DNA of 64,000 nucleotides from Candidatus Aldehydirespirator sp. (GCA_965261105.1 CBDHCM010000006.1:1970091-2034090); one strand, 5' to 3'. Positions 1 to 12,889 are shown, counted from the first letter of the stretch. Translations and numbers: made by a program. Notes: generated from the letters alone by a model not told the origin.

Positions 1-157
1 GCCGCTCGGGCCACGGCCTCGCTCAGCGCCTTGCGAAGCTCTCGTGAGATGCGCCCTATCCGCTCGGCCCCAAGGCAAGCCACTGTAAGCCCAGTGCTAA
101 CGTGCGCGCCCGCGACCCGACGCCCGACCGGTGGGCGCGATCGAACGGAGTAGCACC

Positions 158-1084
158 ATGTCAGCGGTGGTTCAGGTCTACGACGACGCTCTGTTGGCCG
201 TGGTCGATCCTGCGGCCGAGCTCGGACGGCTCGGTGGCGGCTGCACGTGGACGGAGGGACCGGTGTACATGCCGGACTCAGAGATGGTGCTGTGCAGCGA
301 CATCCCCAACAATCGCATCATGTGCTGGTCGGCCGCGGGCGGCTTCTCGGTGTATCGCACGGGCGTCGAGTTCACCAACGGCCACACGCTCGACCTCGAG
401 GGTCGCCTCGTCTCGTGCTCTCACGGCAACCGGCGGATCGAGCGCACCGAGCACGACGGATCGATCGTCACCGTCGTCGACCGCTACCAGGGCCGGCGCC
501 TCAACTCGCCCAACGACCTCGTCGTGAAGTCCGACGGCACCATCTGGTTCAGCGATCCTCCCTACGGGATCGCCAGCGACCACGAGGGTCACAAGGCAGA
601 CCGTGAGATGCGCCATTGCTACGTGTTCAGATTCGACCCGGACGACGGCAGCCTCGTCGCGGTCACCGACGTGATCGAGGAGCCGAACGGCCTCGCCTTC
701 TCCCCCGACGAGTCGCTGCTCTACGTGAGCGACACGTCGGCTGCCTTCCGCGAGGATGGCTCGGGGAACCACCACATCATGTGCTTCGACGTGATCGGGG
801 GCCGGGCCCTCGACAACCCTCGCCTGTTCGCGGAGGTGGCGCCTGGCCTGTCAGACGGGTTCCGGGTCACCACCGCGGGGCACGTTCTCACCAGCGCCGA
901 GGACGGCATCCACATCTACTCGCCCGACGCGACCCTGCTCGGCAAGATCCTGACGCCGGAGAAGGTGTCCAACTGCGCCTTCGGCGGGCCTGGGGGCACG
1001 CGGCTGTTCATCACCGCGTCGTCTTCGCTGTACGCCATCGACGTGAAGCTCGGGTGCGCCGAGAGAGGCGCCGCCCTCAACTGA
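158..1084 (+). CDS. SMP-30/gluconolactonase/LRE family protein
   Basis: WTEGPVY, SDIPNNRI, LNSPNDLVV, PNGLAFSPDE and SDGFRV motifs; ATG at 158 after GGAG. Confidence 0.9.
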   Translation: MSAVVQVYDDALLAVVDPAAELGRLGGGCTWTEGPVYMPDSEMVLCSDIPNNRIMCWSAAGGFSVYRTGVEFTNGHTLDLEGRLVSCSHGNRRIERTEHDGSIVTVVDRYQGRRLNSPNDLVVKSDGTIWFSDPPYGIASDHEGHKADREMRHCYVFRFDPDDGSLVAVTDVIEEPNGLAFSPDESLLYVSDTSAAFREDGSGNHHIMCFDVIGGRALDNPRLFAEVAPGLSDGFRVTTAGHVLTSAEDGIHIYSPDATLLGKILTPEKVSNCAFGGPGGTRLFITASSSLYAIDVKLGCAERGAALN

Positions 1085-1120
1085 CAGCCCGGCCCAGCGC
1101 ACAGCCGGACCTAGTCGAGT

Positions 1121-1218
1121 GCCGGTTCTCGCTGAGCGCCGGGATTGGCTGAGCGCCGTTCTCGCTGAGTGCGGTTCTCGCTGAGCGCCGTTCTGGCTGA
1201 GCGCCGTTCTCGCTGAGC
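1121..1218. repeat. Tandem repeat, 6 copies of 16-17 bp (consensus GCCGTTCTCGCTGAGC)
   Basis: Read directly; lies between two convergent stop codons. Confidence 0.9.
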
Positions 1219-1225
1219 GCCGGGC

Positions 1226-2032
1226 TCAGGCAACCATGACCCGGGCGTTGCGACTGTCGGAGTGCAGCAACCCGTCCGGTAGCCCGAAGGCGGAGTCCTC
1301 GGTCCACACCCAGACACGCCACATGTTGCGGTCGATGTCGGTGTACGCCTCGCGTCCGTGGAACAGCCGGTAGTTGTCGACGACGTACGCCTCGCCGGGA
1401 TACAGCTTGAAGTGCGGGATGTGGTCGGTGGCCTCGTAGATGGTCTCCCGCCACTTCACGAGCATCTCTTGATCGCGCACCGGGTCGGTGCTGTCGTCGC
1501 GGGGCCGCTGGTCTATCTCGTTGGCCATCAACAGCATTTTGCGGCCCTTGGGGCTGGTCTTGACGATCGTGCTGGTGGAGGGCTGCATGCCGGCCTCGGT
1601 CTGGTTGATGCGCACCGTGCGCAGCGCCTGCGGTATCCAACCCACCTCGGGATCCTCAGCCATCACTTCGAGCATCTTGTAGCCGTCGACGAGGAACGAC
1701 TCGCCGCCCTCCTCGCTGTGCTTGTTGCACAGCAGCAGGATGTAGTCGGGGTACTTGTCGCCGTAGGCGTACCCGTCGCTGTGGCACTTCGAGCGGGTCT
1801 CGTAGGTCAGGCCCATCGGTCGCCGATCCTTGTCGCCCCCCTCGTTCACAATGGCTGCCGGCGGTACGGCCAGGAGCTTGTCCCCGAATACGGCCATCGC
1901 CGCCTGGCGGCCGTCCTCGGCCTCGCGGCCCAGCCCGGTCAGGATCGCAGCGCCGTACTGCTTGACGAGACGCAGCGCGTCTTGCGGGTCGGCGGTCCGC
2001 TGCGGGACTACTCCTACCTGGTCCAATCTCAT
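1226..2032 (-). CDS. TauD/TfdA family Fe(II)/2-oxoglutarate dioxygenase
   Basis: HSDG (HxD), GGESFLVDG and VDNYRLFHGR motifs. Confidence 0.85.
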   Translation of the reverse strand: MRLDQVGVVPQRTADPQDALRLVKQYGAAILTGLGREAEDGRQAAMAVFGDKLLAVPPAAIVNEGGDKDRRPMGLTYETRSKCHSDGYAYGDKYPDYILLLCNKHSEEGGESFLVDGYKMLEVMAEDPEVGWIPQALRTVRINQTEAGMQPSTSTIVKTSPKGRKMLLMANEIDQRPRDDSTDPVRDQEMLVKWRETIYEATDHIPHFKLYPGEAYVVDNYRLFHGREAYTDIDRNMWRVWVWTEDSAFGLPDGLLHSDSRNARVMVA

Positions 2033-2041
2033 CTTGTCCCC

Positions 2042-3031
2042 CTAGTTGCGTTGATTTCCCGTCGCCCAAGCGGCGACCGCGGCAGCCGAGGCCGCCTTCA
2101 ATTCGTCGGGCGCTCCGCTCGCAACCACCGAGGCACCGGCGATCAAGGCCATGCGCTGGTCGTTGAATCCGAAGATGTCGCGACACAGCTGGTACTCGTC
2201 GAGCAGGCTGGACCCGAAGAGCAGCGAGTCATCCGCGTTCACGCTACACGGTGCTCCGGCGTCGAGCAGTGCTCCGAGCGGGTGATCGTCGTAGGACTCG
2301 GCCACCGACAGCAGCAGGTTCGATGTCGGGCACACATCGAGGCAGATGCCGTCGGACGCGAGCCTTTCGACCAGCGCCGGATCCTCGATTGCTCGAACCC
2401 CGTGCAGGATGCGGTTGGCTCCCAGCGTGTCGAGAGCGCCGATGACGCTCTCGGGCCCGACCAGCTCTCCGGCATGAGGCGTGGAGAGCAAGCCGCCGTT
2501 GCGGGCGATGGCGAACGCATCAGCGAACCTCTCGGGCGGCCCGACGGTTTCGTCGTTGTCGAGGCCGAGCGAGACCACCCCGGCGCCGGCGAACTTCACT
2601 GCCGCCCTGGCCGACTCGGTGGCGTTCGCGGGGTCGGCGGTGCGGTCGCAAGCGACCATGAATCCCACACCGATGCCGGTCGCCCGGGAAGCTTCCTCTC
2701 CCGCGCTGACGATGATCTCGATAACGGCCTCGACGCTGCCGAAGGTCGCGACGTGCACGTGGGGCTCAAATGACGGCTCGACCCAGACGGCGCCGTCGTT
2801 GGCCGCGTCCTCGACTACCTCGTGAACGAGCCGCGCCAAGTCCTCGGGCCGGCGCAGGACACCGCACGCGGCGATGTACATCGCCGAGAAGGCGGTGAAG
2901 TCGCCGTACCCGCTGGTGGACGGCACCTCCATGTCGTGCTGTTGCGCGAGATCTGCGAGCGTCGCCGGGCGCATGCACCCCTCGAGATGCGCATGCAGAT
3001 GTGCTTTGGGCAGATCCCGAAGGCAGCGCAC
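2042..3031 (-). CDS. add: Adenosine/adenine deaminase family protein
   Basis: LPKAHLHAHLEG, PHAGE, RILHGVR, CPTSN and NADD motifs. Confidence 0.88.
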   Translation of the reverse strand: MRCLRDLPKAHLHAHLEGCMRPATLADLAQQHDMEVPSTSGYGDFTAFSAMYIAACGVLRRPEDLARLVHEVVEDAANDGAVWVEPSFEPHVHVATFGSVEAVIEIIVSAGEEASRATGIGVGFMVACDRTADPANATESARAAVKFAGAGVVSLGLDNDETVGPPERFADAFAIARNGGLLSTPHAGELVGPESVIGALDTLGANRILHGVRAIEDPALVERLASDGICLDVCPTSNLLLSVAESYDDHPLGALLDAGAPCSVNADDSLLFGSSLLDEYQLCRDIFGFNDQRMALIAGASVVASGAPDELKAASAAAVAAWATGNQRN

Positions 3032-3035
3032 AGCG

Positions 3036-4118
3036 CTACCGCATGGTGGTCTTGCCGTCGAATGCGTCCTCGAGGATCGACAGGTCTATCAGGCCCTCGA
3101 ATGGCGGCATCGGGTCGATGCCGATGGCCTGCAGCGCCGGATACATCTGAGACTCGACCAGATCGGGATCGATCCAGAACAGGCCCTTCTCGTCGGTCAC
3201 CGGCCCATGGTGGAGCGGGATCTGCGTCTCGTTCTCCCTGGTCTGCTGGTTGAGGTTGAGGCCGAGGTCGACGCCGTACTTGTCCACCGCGAGGCCGGCC
3301 GCGTAGGCAGGGTCGTCCTCGTTCACTTCCCATCCCTTGATGAGCGCCCGCATGAACCGCACGAGGATGTCACGGGTCGTCTCGTCATTCACATAGGAGC
3401 GGGGCGCGAACATGACGTTGGAGTACAGCGGCAGACCGAGATCGTCCCATGTCGCCGTCACGAAGTCTTCGCCGTCGACGTATCCCTGCTCCTCGAGGAT
3501 GAGCGGCTGGTTGGTGAGGAACGCCGAGTATGCCTCGCCCTGCCGCTCCATGAGGGGCTCGGGGGTGAACCCGGCCGGAATGAACTCGTAGTCGGTGTCG
3601 TCGAACCCGCCGAGCTTCAGGGCCGCCTTCACCAGCGCCTCGGCGCCCGGCTGGCCCAGGAACTTGACTCCGACGAGGTCTTCGGCGGTGAGGACGGGCC
3701 TGTCGGGCAAGGAGATGACTCCCTGCGGGGTCACCTGGAACTGCGTGCCGAACAGCACCCAGTCGTGTCCGCCCTCGGCCATGGCCTGGAAGATGCGGAT
3801 CATGCTCGGATCCTGGCCTATGTGCGCCTCGCCGGACGCAACAACGACCGGTGGCGATGGCGCGTTCGGCCCGCCCTGGAGGAACGTCGCCTCGATGCCT
3901 TGCTCCTCGAAATAGCCGTTCTCGAGTGCTACCCAGATCCCGCCGAACTCGACGTTGTTGATCCATCCGTTGGCCTGAATGATCTGGTCGAGCTGCGCCG
4001 GCGCGTCCGACTCGGACGTACCGCTGCAGGCGGCCAAGAACGACGGTGCGAGAACGAGCCCAGTAGCACCGTAGCCCGTGTTTCGTAGGAATGTCCGTCT
4101 TGAGCTTGTAGTAGACAT
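3036..4118 (-). CDS. ABC transporter substrate-binding lipoprotein, NMT1/THI5-like, Tat signal
   Basis: SRRTFL twin-arginine motif, LAAC lipobox, EFGGIWVALENGYFEEQG; GGGAG RBS before ATG at 4118. Confidence 0.85.
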   Translation of the reverse strand: MSTTSSRRTFLRNTGYGATGLVLAPSFLAACSGTSESDAPAQLDQIIQANGWINNVEFGGIWVALENGYFEEQGIEATFLQGGPNAPSPPVVVASGEAHIGQDPSMIRIFQAMAEGGHDWVLFGTQFQVTPQGVISLPDRPVLTAEDLVGVKFLGQPGAEALVKAALKLGGFDDTDYEFIPAGFTPEPLMERQGEAYSAFLTNQPLILEEQGYVDGEDFVTATWDDLGLPLYSNVMFAPRSYVNDETTRDILVRFMRALIKGWEVNEDDPAYAAGLAVDKYGVDLGLNLNQQTRENETQIPLHHGPVTDEKGLFWIDPDLVESQMYPALQAIGIDPMPPFEGLIDLSILEDAFDGKTTMR

Positions 4119-4184
4119 TAGGTCTATTTCTCCCATTATCTTATATTTGAGTTGTTCTGTCTTTTCTAATATTGATCCAATGTT

Positions 4185-5033
4185 TCAGATCAACCAGCGT
4201 TCATTCCCGGTCCGCTCCACGCGCTTGGCGAAGACGAAGAAGGCAACGCTGAGGATGGTGGCCACAATAGCCGCGCTCCACGCGGTGAGCATGTCCAGGT
4301 CGCCGACGGTGTCCTGGAAGACGTGCCCGAGCCCCTGGGTGCCCATGAGGAACTCGGCGATGAGCGCGGCCAGCACACAATCGGCAGCCGACAGCCGGAA
4401 TGCGATGAGTCCGTTCGGGACGGCTGACGGCAGGGCCAGCCGGCGAAATACGGTCATCCGGCCCGCTCCGAGGGCCGCGAAGACGTCCGCGCTGCCCGGC
4501 GGTGTTGCTCGCAGGCCCGATGAGACGAAGACGAACGTCGGGAAGAACGAGATGGCGATGGTAATCACCAAGATGGTGCGCTGCTGGTAGCCGAAGACCC
4601 TGGCGAGGACGGGGATCATGGCCACGATCGGCACCGAGCGGATGATCACCGCGATCGGGGTGAACATGCCGCTGAGGGCCCGCGCGAACCACGACAGCGA
4701 GGCGAGTGTCACTCCCATCAGCGTGCCGCCCACGATGCCGGCGGCGGCCACCGTCAACGTCGAGATCGTCGGGTCGATGTATCGACCGGTGTTCGTGGTC
4801 AGCTCTTCGATCACCGAGCCCGGGCTCGGAATCACGAGGACGTTGACGTCGAACAACGTGACGTAGAGGTGCCACGTGAGTACGAGAATGACCACGCCCC
4901 AGTAGCGAGCGGCGAGGAACCCGATTCCGTGGAGGACAGCCCTGCCCGGATCCCGCCCTGCGTCGGGCACCAGCTCCGCGACGGTCGGTTGCTCCGACAT
5001 CGACGACTCCTGGATCGTCGAGTGAGTTGTCAT
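4185..5033 (-). CDS. ABC transporter permease (nitrate/sulfonate/NMT1 type)
   Basis: Hydrophobic; EAA-like loop ALGAGRMTVFRRLALP; AEFL..GLG; start uncertain. Confidence 0.85.
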   Translation of the reverse strand: MTTHSTIQESSMSEQPTVAELVPDAGRDPGRAVLHGIGFLAARYWGVVILVLTWHLYVTLFDVNVLVIPSPGSVIEELTTNTGRYIDPTISTLTVAAAGIVGGTLMGVTLASLSWFARALSGMFTPIAVIIRSVPIVAMIPVLARVFGYQQRTILVITIAISFFPTFVFVSSGLRATPPGSADVFAALGAGRMTVFRRLALPSAVPNGLIAFRLSAADCVLAALIAEFLMGTQGLGHVFQDTVGDLDMLTAWSAAIVATILSVAFFVFAKRVERTGNERWLI

Positions 5034-5040
5034 GGCTGCC

Positions 5041-5790
5041 TCACCGGAACCTGGTAACGACAAAGCGCTCGAGGGCGCCGAACAATGCGAAGGCGGCCAT
5101 ACTGACGAGCGCCGCGAGCAGGGCGGCGGCCCAGAGCTGCCTGATCTGGAAGTTCTGCATCGAGCTGACGATCAGGATCCCGATGCCCCGCGGGGCTCCG
5201 AACCACTCGCCGAGGATCGCTCCGAGCACGGCCGCGGGCGCGGCCAGCCGCAGCCCGTCCGAGAACGCGGGCAGGGCGGCGGGCATCTGGAGGCGGCGGA
5301 AGCGGGTCCGGCGGTCGGCCCCGAGCACCGCGAACACGTCGAGGTGCGCCCGGGAGGCTGCCTCGAATCCGGATACGCATGCGACGTACACCGGGAAGTA
5401 GGTGGCCAGCGCGGCGATCGCGGTCGGGGTGTTGGCGCGGCTCATAGCCACGATGAGCAGTGGGCCCAGCGCGATCAACGGGATCGCATGGACGGAGGCG
5501 GCGAAGCGATCGATCCCCTCCTTCAGCAGGGGTATCAACGTGCCGATGCCCGCCATCGCCACGGAGAACACCAAGCCGATGACGAAGCCCCGCCACGCCG
5601 ACTGGAACGTGGCTCCTATTGCTCGCTGGAACAGCGACCGGCGGGAGGGATCGATGCCATACTCGATGACGTCGCTGATGGGCGGGAACGTGCGACCGCC
5701 GACGCCGGTCTGGCCGACAATCTCCCACGCGGCCATCAACACGCCGACGCCCACCGCGCCGAGCAGCAAGTTGCGGGCCCGCTCAGTCAC
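5041..5790 (-). CDS. ABC transporter permease
   Basis: IPLIALGPL, LGADRRTRFRRLQMP, GEWFGAPRGIG. Confidence 0.88.
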   Translation of the reverse strand: MTERARNLLLGAVGVGVLMAAWEIVGQTGVGGRTFPPISDVIEYGIDPSRRSLFQRAIGATFQSAWRGFVIGLVFSVAMAGIGTLIPLLKEGIDRFAASVHAIPLIALGPLLIVAMSRANTPTAIAALATYFPVYVACVSGFEAASRAHLDVFAVLGADRRTRFRRLQMPAALPAFSDGLRLAAPAAVLGAILGEWFGAPRGIGILIVSSMQNFQIRQLWAAALLAALVSMAAFALFGALERFVVTRFR

Positions 5791-6605
5791 CTGTCCTCGG
5801 GCTCTCTGTCCTCGGGCTCGGCGTCGAGCGATGCGGTCAACTCGTCGACGAGTGCATGAAACTCATGCGAGCGAAGCAGATCCGGCCCGCGGGGGCGCGG
5901 GAAGTCGACTTCTCGGACCATCTGGACCCGGCCGGGCCGGGCGCTCATCACCACGACCCGGTCGGCGAGGAACACCGCCTCGTCGACGGCGTGAGTCACA
6001 AGCATTGTGCTGATCTGGTCTCGGGTCCAGATGCGCTGCAGCTCGATGTTCAGGCGGCGCCTGGTGACGGCATCGAGTGCGCCGAACGGTTCGTCGAGCA
6101 GCAGTATCTCCGGCTCGAGGACCAGCGCTCGGGCGATCGATGTCCGCTGGCGCATGCCTCCGGAGAGCTGACGGGGCCGGGCCTTGGCGAAGTCGGCGAG
6201 GCCGACGAGCTCGAGGAGCTCCTGTATCCGCTCGTTGTCGACGGGCCTTCTGGCCACGTGGAACGGGATCGCGATGTTGGCGTGGACGGTGGCCCAGGGC
6301 AACAGCGCGTGGTCCTGGAAGGCCACGCCGAGGGCCTGCCGGTTGGCCACTGCCAGAGGGCTCCCGCCTCCGAGGGTGACCGTGCCCGATGTTGGCTCCT
6401 CCAGGCCGGCCGCGAGGCGCAGGACGGTGCTCTTGCCGCAACCGGACGGACCGAGCAGCGCCACGAATTCGCCCTGACCGACGTCGAAGGTCATCTTGTC
6501 GAGGGCTCGCACCGTCTCGCGACGCAGCGGGAAGTCCTTGACGACGTCCGTCAGGACAAGCTCGGAGCCCCCACGTTCTTTATGCCCATCGCGCGCCGTG
6601 GCCAC
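5787..6605 (-). CDS. ABC transporter ATP-binding protein
   Basis: GPSGCGKS, LSGGMRQR, LLLDEPF. Confidence 0.93.
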   Translation of the reverse strand: MATARDGHKERGGSELVLTDVVKDFPLRRETVRALDKMTFDVGQGEFVALLGPSGCGKSTVLRLAAGLEEPTSGTVTLGGGSPLAVANRQALGVAFQDHALLPWATVHANIAIPFHVARRPVDNERIQELLELVGLADFAKARPRQLSGGMRQRTSIARALVLEPEILLLDEPFGALDAVTRRRLNIELQRIWTRDQISTMLVTHAVDEAVFLADRVVVMSARPGRVQMVREVDFPRPRGPDLLRSHEFHALVDELTASLDAEPEDREPEDR

Positions 6606-6780
6606 CTGCTCCTCCGGCTAGTCCTCAATCTTCATCAAGCCGCGTCCTGTGAACTCCCCCCTTGGCGAGTCCACATGTGTCCCCCGAACCCACAACGATG
6701 TGCTCGCTGCACCCCTCGAGGACTAGCCGCGGACGGTACTCCCCCGGTGGACCCCGGTCAAAGATGAGTGCCGTCCCAGC

Positions 6781-6830
6781 ATAGAACCAGATACAATCTG
6801 ATTTTAGATCTAGTCTAGATTAAGCTATAG
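6781..6830 (+). promoter_or_regulatory. AT-rich furA promoter/operator with palindrome ATCTAG-T-CTAGAT (6808-6820)
   Basis: AT-rich patch just upstream of furA; FurA autoregulation of furA-katG is established in actinobacteria. Confidence 0.55.
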
Positions 6831-6854
6831 CGGCTGCGTGATCGAGGACGCCGA

Positions 6855-9946
<3,092 letters not shown>

Positions 9947-10122
9947 CTGCTCGATGCGCTAGCTCGGGTCGGAGCCTGATCGAACGACCATCGACCGATA
10001 GGAAGGCGTCAACGTCGAGGACTACGAGCGCTGGGTCCGCGAGCGGGACTACCCGTACGCCAGATCCTTCGGCTCGGGTGGCGACTTGAGATCTTCGCCT
10101 TGCGATTCACCACGCGGCGGGC

Positions 10123-11373
10123 CTACACCAGTGTGCCCAAGGGAACGGCGGCGATGCGGTCGCCGATGCGGAAGGCTGTGGCGCCTGGATGGACCACGAG
10201 CCCGGCGCGGAAGGACTCGCCGAGGCGGTCCCGCAGTGCCGCGAGGTGGCGGGTGTCGGTCGCGCTCACCGTGTGTGAGAGCTTCGACTCGAAGGCGAGG
10301 ACGCTCCCGTCGGGCAGTTCGGCGATCAGGTCGATCTCGCGGTCGCCTCCGGCTGACCGCAGGTGACCGAACCGCCAGCCCAGCCCGAGCGCCTCGGCAG
10401 TCGCCCTGATCTGGCACACAACGGCGCTCTCGAAGAGTTCTCCGAGGCGCGTTCGGCGCCCGCTCAGCACCGAGGCTGTGTCGTGGTGGTCGGCGGCCGC
10501 GAGCGCAGGGTCGACCAGATGCCGTTTGGGCCGCTTGGTCAGCCGTTTCAGCCGGTTGTGAGACCAGCCGGGCAGTTCCTCGATCAGCCCGAGTCGGTTC
10601 AGCAGGTCGTGGTAGGTATCGCCGGTGGCTTTGGCCACCTCGGCGGCGTGGTGGATGGTGGCGTGCTCGGCAGTGGTGCCGACCGAGGCGCCGTAGGCGC
10701 GCACGTAGCGGCGGAGCTTGCTCACGTTGCGGAGCACCGAGACGATCTCGGCGAGGTCGCGCGACACGGAAAGGTCCAGGTAGGAGCGCAGCGCCTCCTG
10801 ATGGTCCGCCGGAGCCATACCGAGGTACCCGGGCAGCCCCGACTCCACCGTGGGGGCCACCTGCTCGGCTTGCGAGAAGGGCGAGCGGGCGCCGCGGGCT
10901 GCGTCGATGCCGTGCTCCGCTAGGTCGGCCAAAGCGACGGAGGGTTCGGCGCCCCGCCTCTCCGAGAGCGTCATCGGCCGCAGGCGGACGGCAAGGATCC
11001 GGCCGGCGCCTGCATGTATGTCGGCTGTGATCGCTGTCCTCGCCGACCCGCTGAGGATGAATCGGCCCGGCGACCGATCGTCATCGATCATGCGCCGCAC
11101 CGCGTCCCAAACGACCGGGACCCGCTGCCATTCGTCGATCAACACCGGCCTCGGCAACGACGCGCAGGCCGCTTCCGGGTCGTTGGCCACCATTTCGGCC
11201 GTCGGTGGATGGTCCAACCGCAGCGTCGTTGCCGCAAGCCGCTGCGCGGTGCTGGTCTTGCCCGCTCCCCGGATGCCCTCGACAAGACAGGCCGGATGGA
11301 CTTCGAGCAGCCGCGCCAAGCGCCCGTCGATGTGCCGCTGCAGATATTTTATGCATAAAAGACTAACAGACAA
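10123..11373 (-). CDS. AAA_14 ATPase with DUF4143 C-terminal domain
   Basis: GIRGAGKT Walker A, LIDEWQ Walker B, FILSGS, LFESAV, REIDLI..ESK; 5' end ambiguous. Confidence 0.85.
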   Translation of the reverse strand: MSVSLLCIKYLQRHIDGRLARLLEVHPACLVEGIRGAGKTSTAQRLAATTLRLDHPPTAEMVANDPEAACASLPRPVLIDEWQRVPVVWDAVRRMIDDDRSPGRFILSGSARTAITADIHAGAGRILAVRLRPMTLSERRGAEPSVALADLAEHGIDAARGARSPFSQAEQVAPTVESGLPGYLGMAPADHQEALRSYLDLSVSRDLAEIVSVLRNVSKLRRYVRAYGASVGTTAEHATIHHAAEVAKATGDTYHDLLNRLGLIEELPGWSHNRLKRLTKRPKRHLVDPALAAADHHDTASVLSGRRTRLGELFESAVVCQIRATAEALGLGWRFGHLRSAGGDREIDLIAELPDGSVLAFESKLSHTVSATDTRHLAALRDRLGESFRAGLVVHPGATAFRIGDRIAAVPLGTLV

Positions 11374-11571
11374 TCCACATTGTGGATGATCTCTTGTCCC
11401 CGGAGTTTCCCACCGCCTAGGTTTGCTGGCTCCTCTATCACCATGGCTCGGCTATTTCGTTGAAGCCAGAAAGAGCCAGCATCACGTCTGTTTCGGATCA
11501 CTGGGACGCAGCTAGCATCCTGCCCGCAACGTTGATGGGTGGCTCATCAGACCGGCGCGCGGCCTAGACCG

Positions 11572-12543
11572 TTAGCCAGCCGTTTGGCTGTTCAGCGCCC
11601 GGTCGAGCGCGGCCATCTCGTCGCGGTGCCAGCGCTGGGAGGTGTCGGACTGGGGAACGAAGCTGGACGAGCCGTGGAACGCGCCCGGGTAAACGTGCAG
11701 TTCGCAGGGCACCTCGGCCCCTAGCAGCGCCTGGGCGTAGGCGATGTCCTCGTCGAGGAACATGTCGAGGCTGCCGACGGTGATGATGGCCGGCGGGAGC
11801 CCGCCGAGGTCGGTCGCCCGGGCCGGAGCGGCGTGGTACGGGACGTCGTCGGCGCCGTTGTTGGCGTCGAGGTAGGCGGACCAGCCCGCCGCGTTGGCGT
11901 CCCGGTTCCATAGCCGGCTGTCGTCGATCATGAAGCTGGACGGCGTGTCGTTGCGGTCGTCGAGCATCGGGAACCTCAGCAGCTGGAAGCAGGGGCTGAC
12001 CTGCTTGCGATCGCGGGCCAGCAGGGCGAGCCCCGCGGCGAGGCCGCCGCCCGCGCTGGCACCGCCGACGGCGATGCGGGCTGTGTCCAGGCCGAATGCC
12101 TCGGCCTGTTCGAAGAACCACACGAGGCCGCAGTAGCAGTCCTCCAGCGGGGTCGGATACGGGAACTCGGGCGCCAGGCGATAGTCGACGGACGCCACCA
12201 CCACGTCGAGGTCGGAGGCGATCGCCGCGCAGCTGGCGTCGTTCATGTCGACGCTTCCCAGCACCATGCCGCCGCCGTGGATCCAGTACAGGCCGGGACT
12301 GCGGTCGCGTCGCTGCTTGGGCCGGTAGACGCGGACGAGCACCTGATGGCCGTCGACAGCCTCGGCGTGATGGTCGGCGATCTCGACCGTGTCAGGAATC
12401 TCGGGCACGGGCAGGAGAGCCATGAGCTCGTCGAAGCTTGCCCGCGCCGCGGCCAGGTCGGAGAGGTCGAGCAGATCGCCGGGCAGCATCTCCAGCACCG
12501 CAAGGTGCTCGGCATCGAGGTGATCTTCGAGGTTGATGCTCAT
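11572..12543 (-). CDS. HSL-family alpha/beta hydrolase (esterase), copy 1
   Basis: HGGG, DYRLAPE, GASAGG, D...HG catalytic pattern. Confidence 0.92.
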   Translation of the reverse strand: MSINLEDHLDAEHLAVLEMLPGDLLDLSDLAAARASFDELMALLPVPEIPDTVEIADHHAEAVDGHQVLVRVYRPKQRRDRSPGLYWIHGGGMVLGSVDMNDASCAAIASDLDVVVASVDYRLAPEFPYPTPLEDCYCGLVWFFEQAEAFGLDTARIAVGGASAGGGLAAGLALLARDRKQVSPCFQLLRFPMLDDRNDTPSSFMIDDSRLWNRDANAAGWSAYLDANNGADDVPYHAAPARATDLGGLPPAIITVGSLDMFLDEDIAYAQALLGAEVPCELHVYPGAFHGSSSFVPQSDTSQRWHRDEMAALDRALNSQTAG

Positions 12544-12889
12544 ATCCCTACCTTCTCACCGGCGCCAGCGTGATGACCAACACTGCAACTGGATGCGCTC
12601 GCTGAGGATCTGGGCCAACCCATCGTGTCGATGTCGATCCGGGCACTGCCAGCGGAGTTCCCAGACGACATCGTGACGCTGGGCCGGATCCCGTACGAGG
12701 CCAGCGCCGATGCCGTCATGTACCGGCGGGTGCTTGACGACCCACATCCTCCCTCAGGAGATCACCCAGACTCGGTCACCCCCGGCCCGACGCAGAAGGG
12801 ACAACGTCTCAGGTTGTCACACCTAGCGAGCGGCCCGACGCTCCACCGCTGGACGGCTCCTGGTGTGGTGGGCCGTCCACCAAGCCGCT

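Noticed and set aside
1121-1218. CRISPR array
   Set aside because: Units are contiguous with no unique spacers; no cas genes in the window
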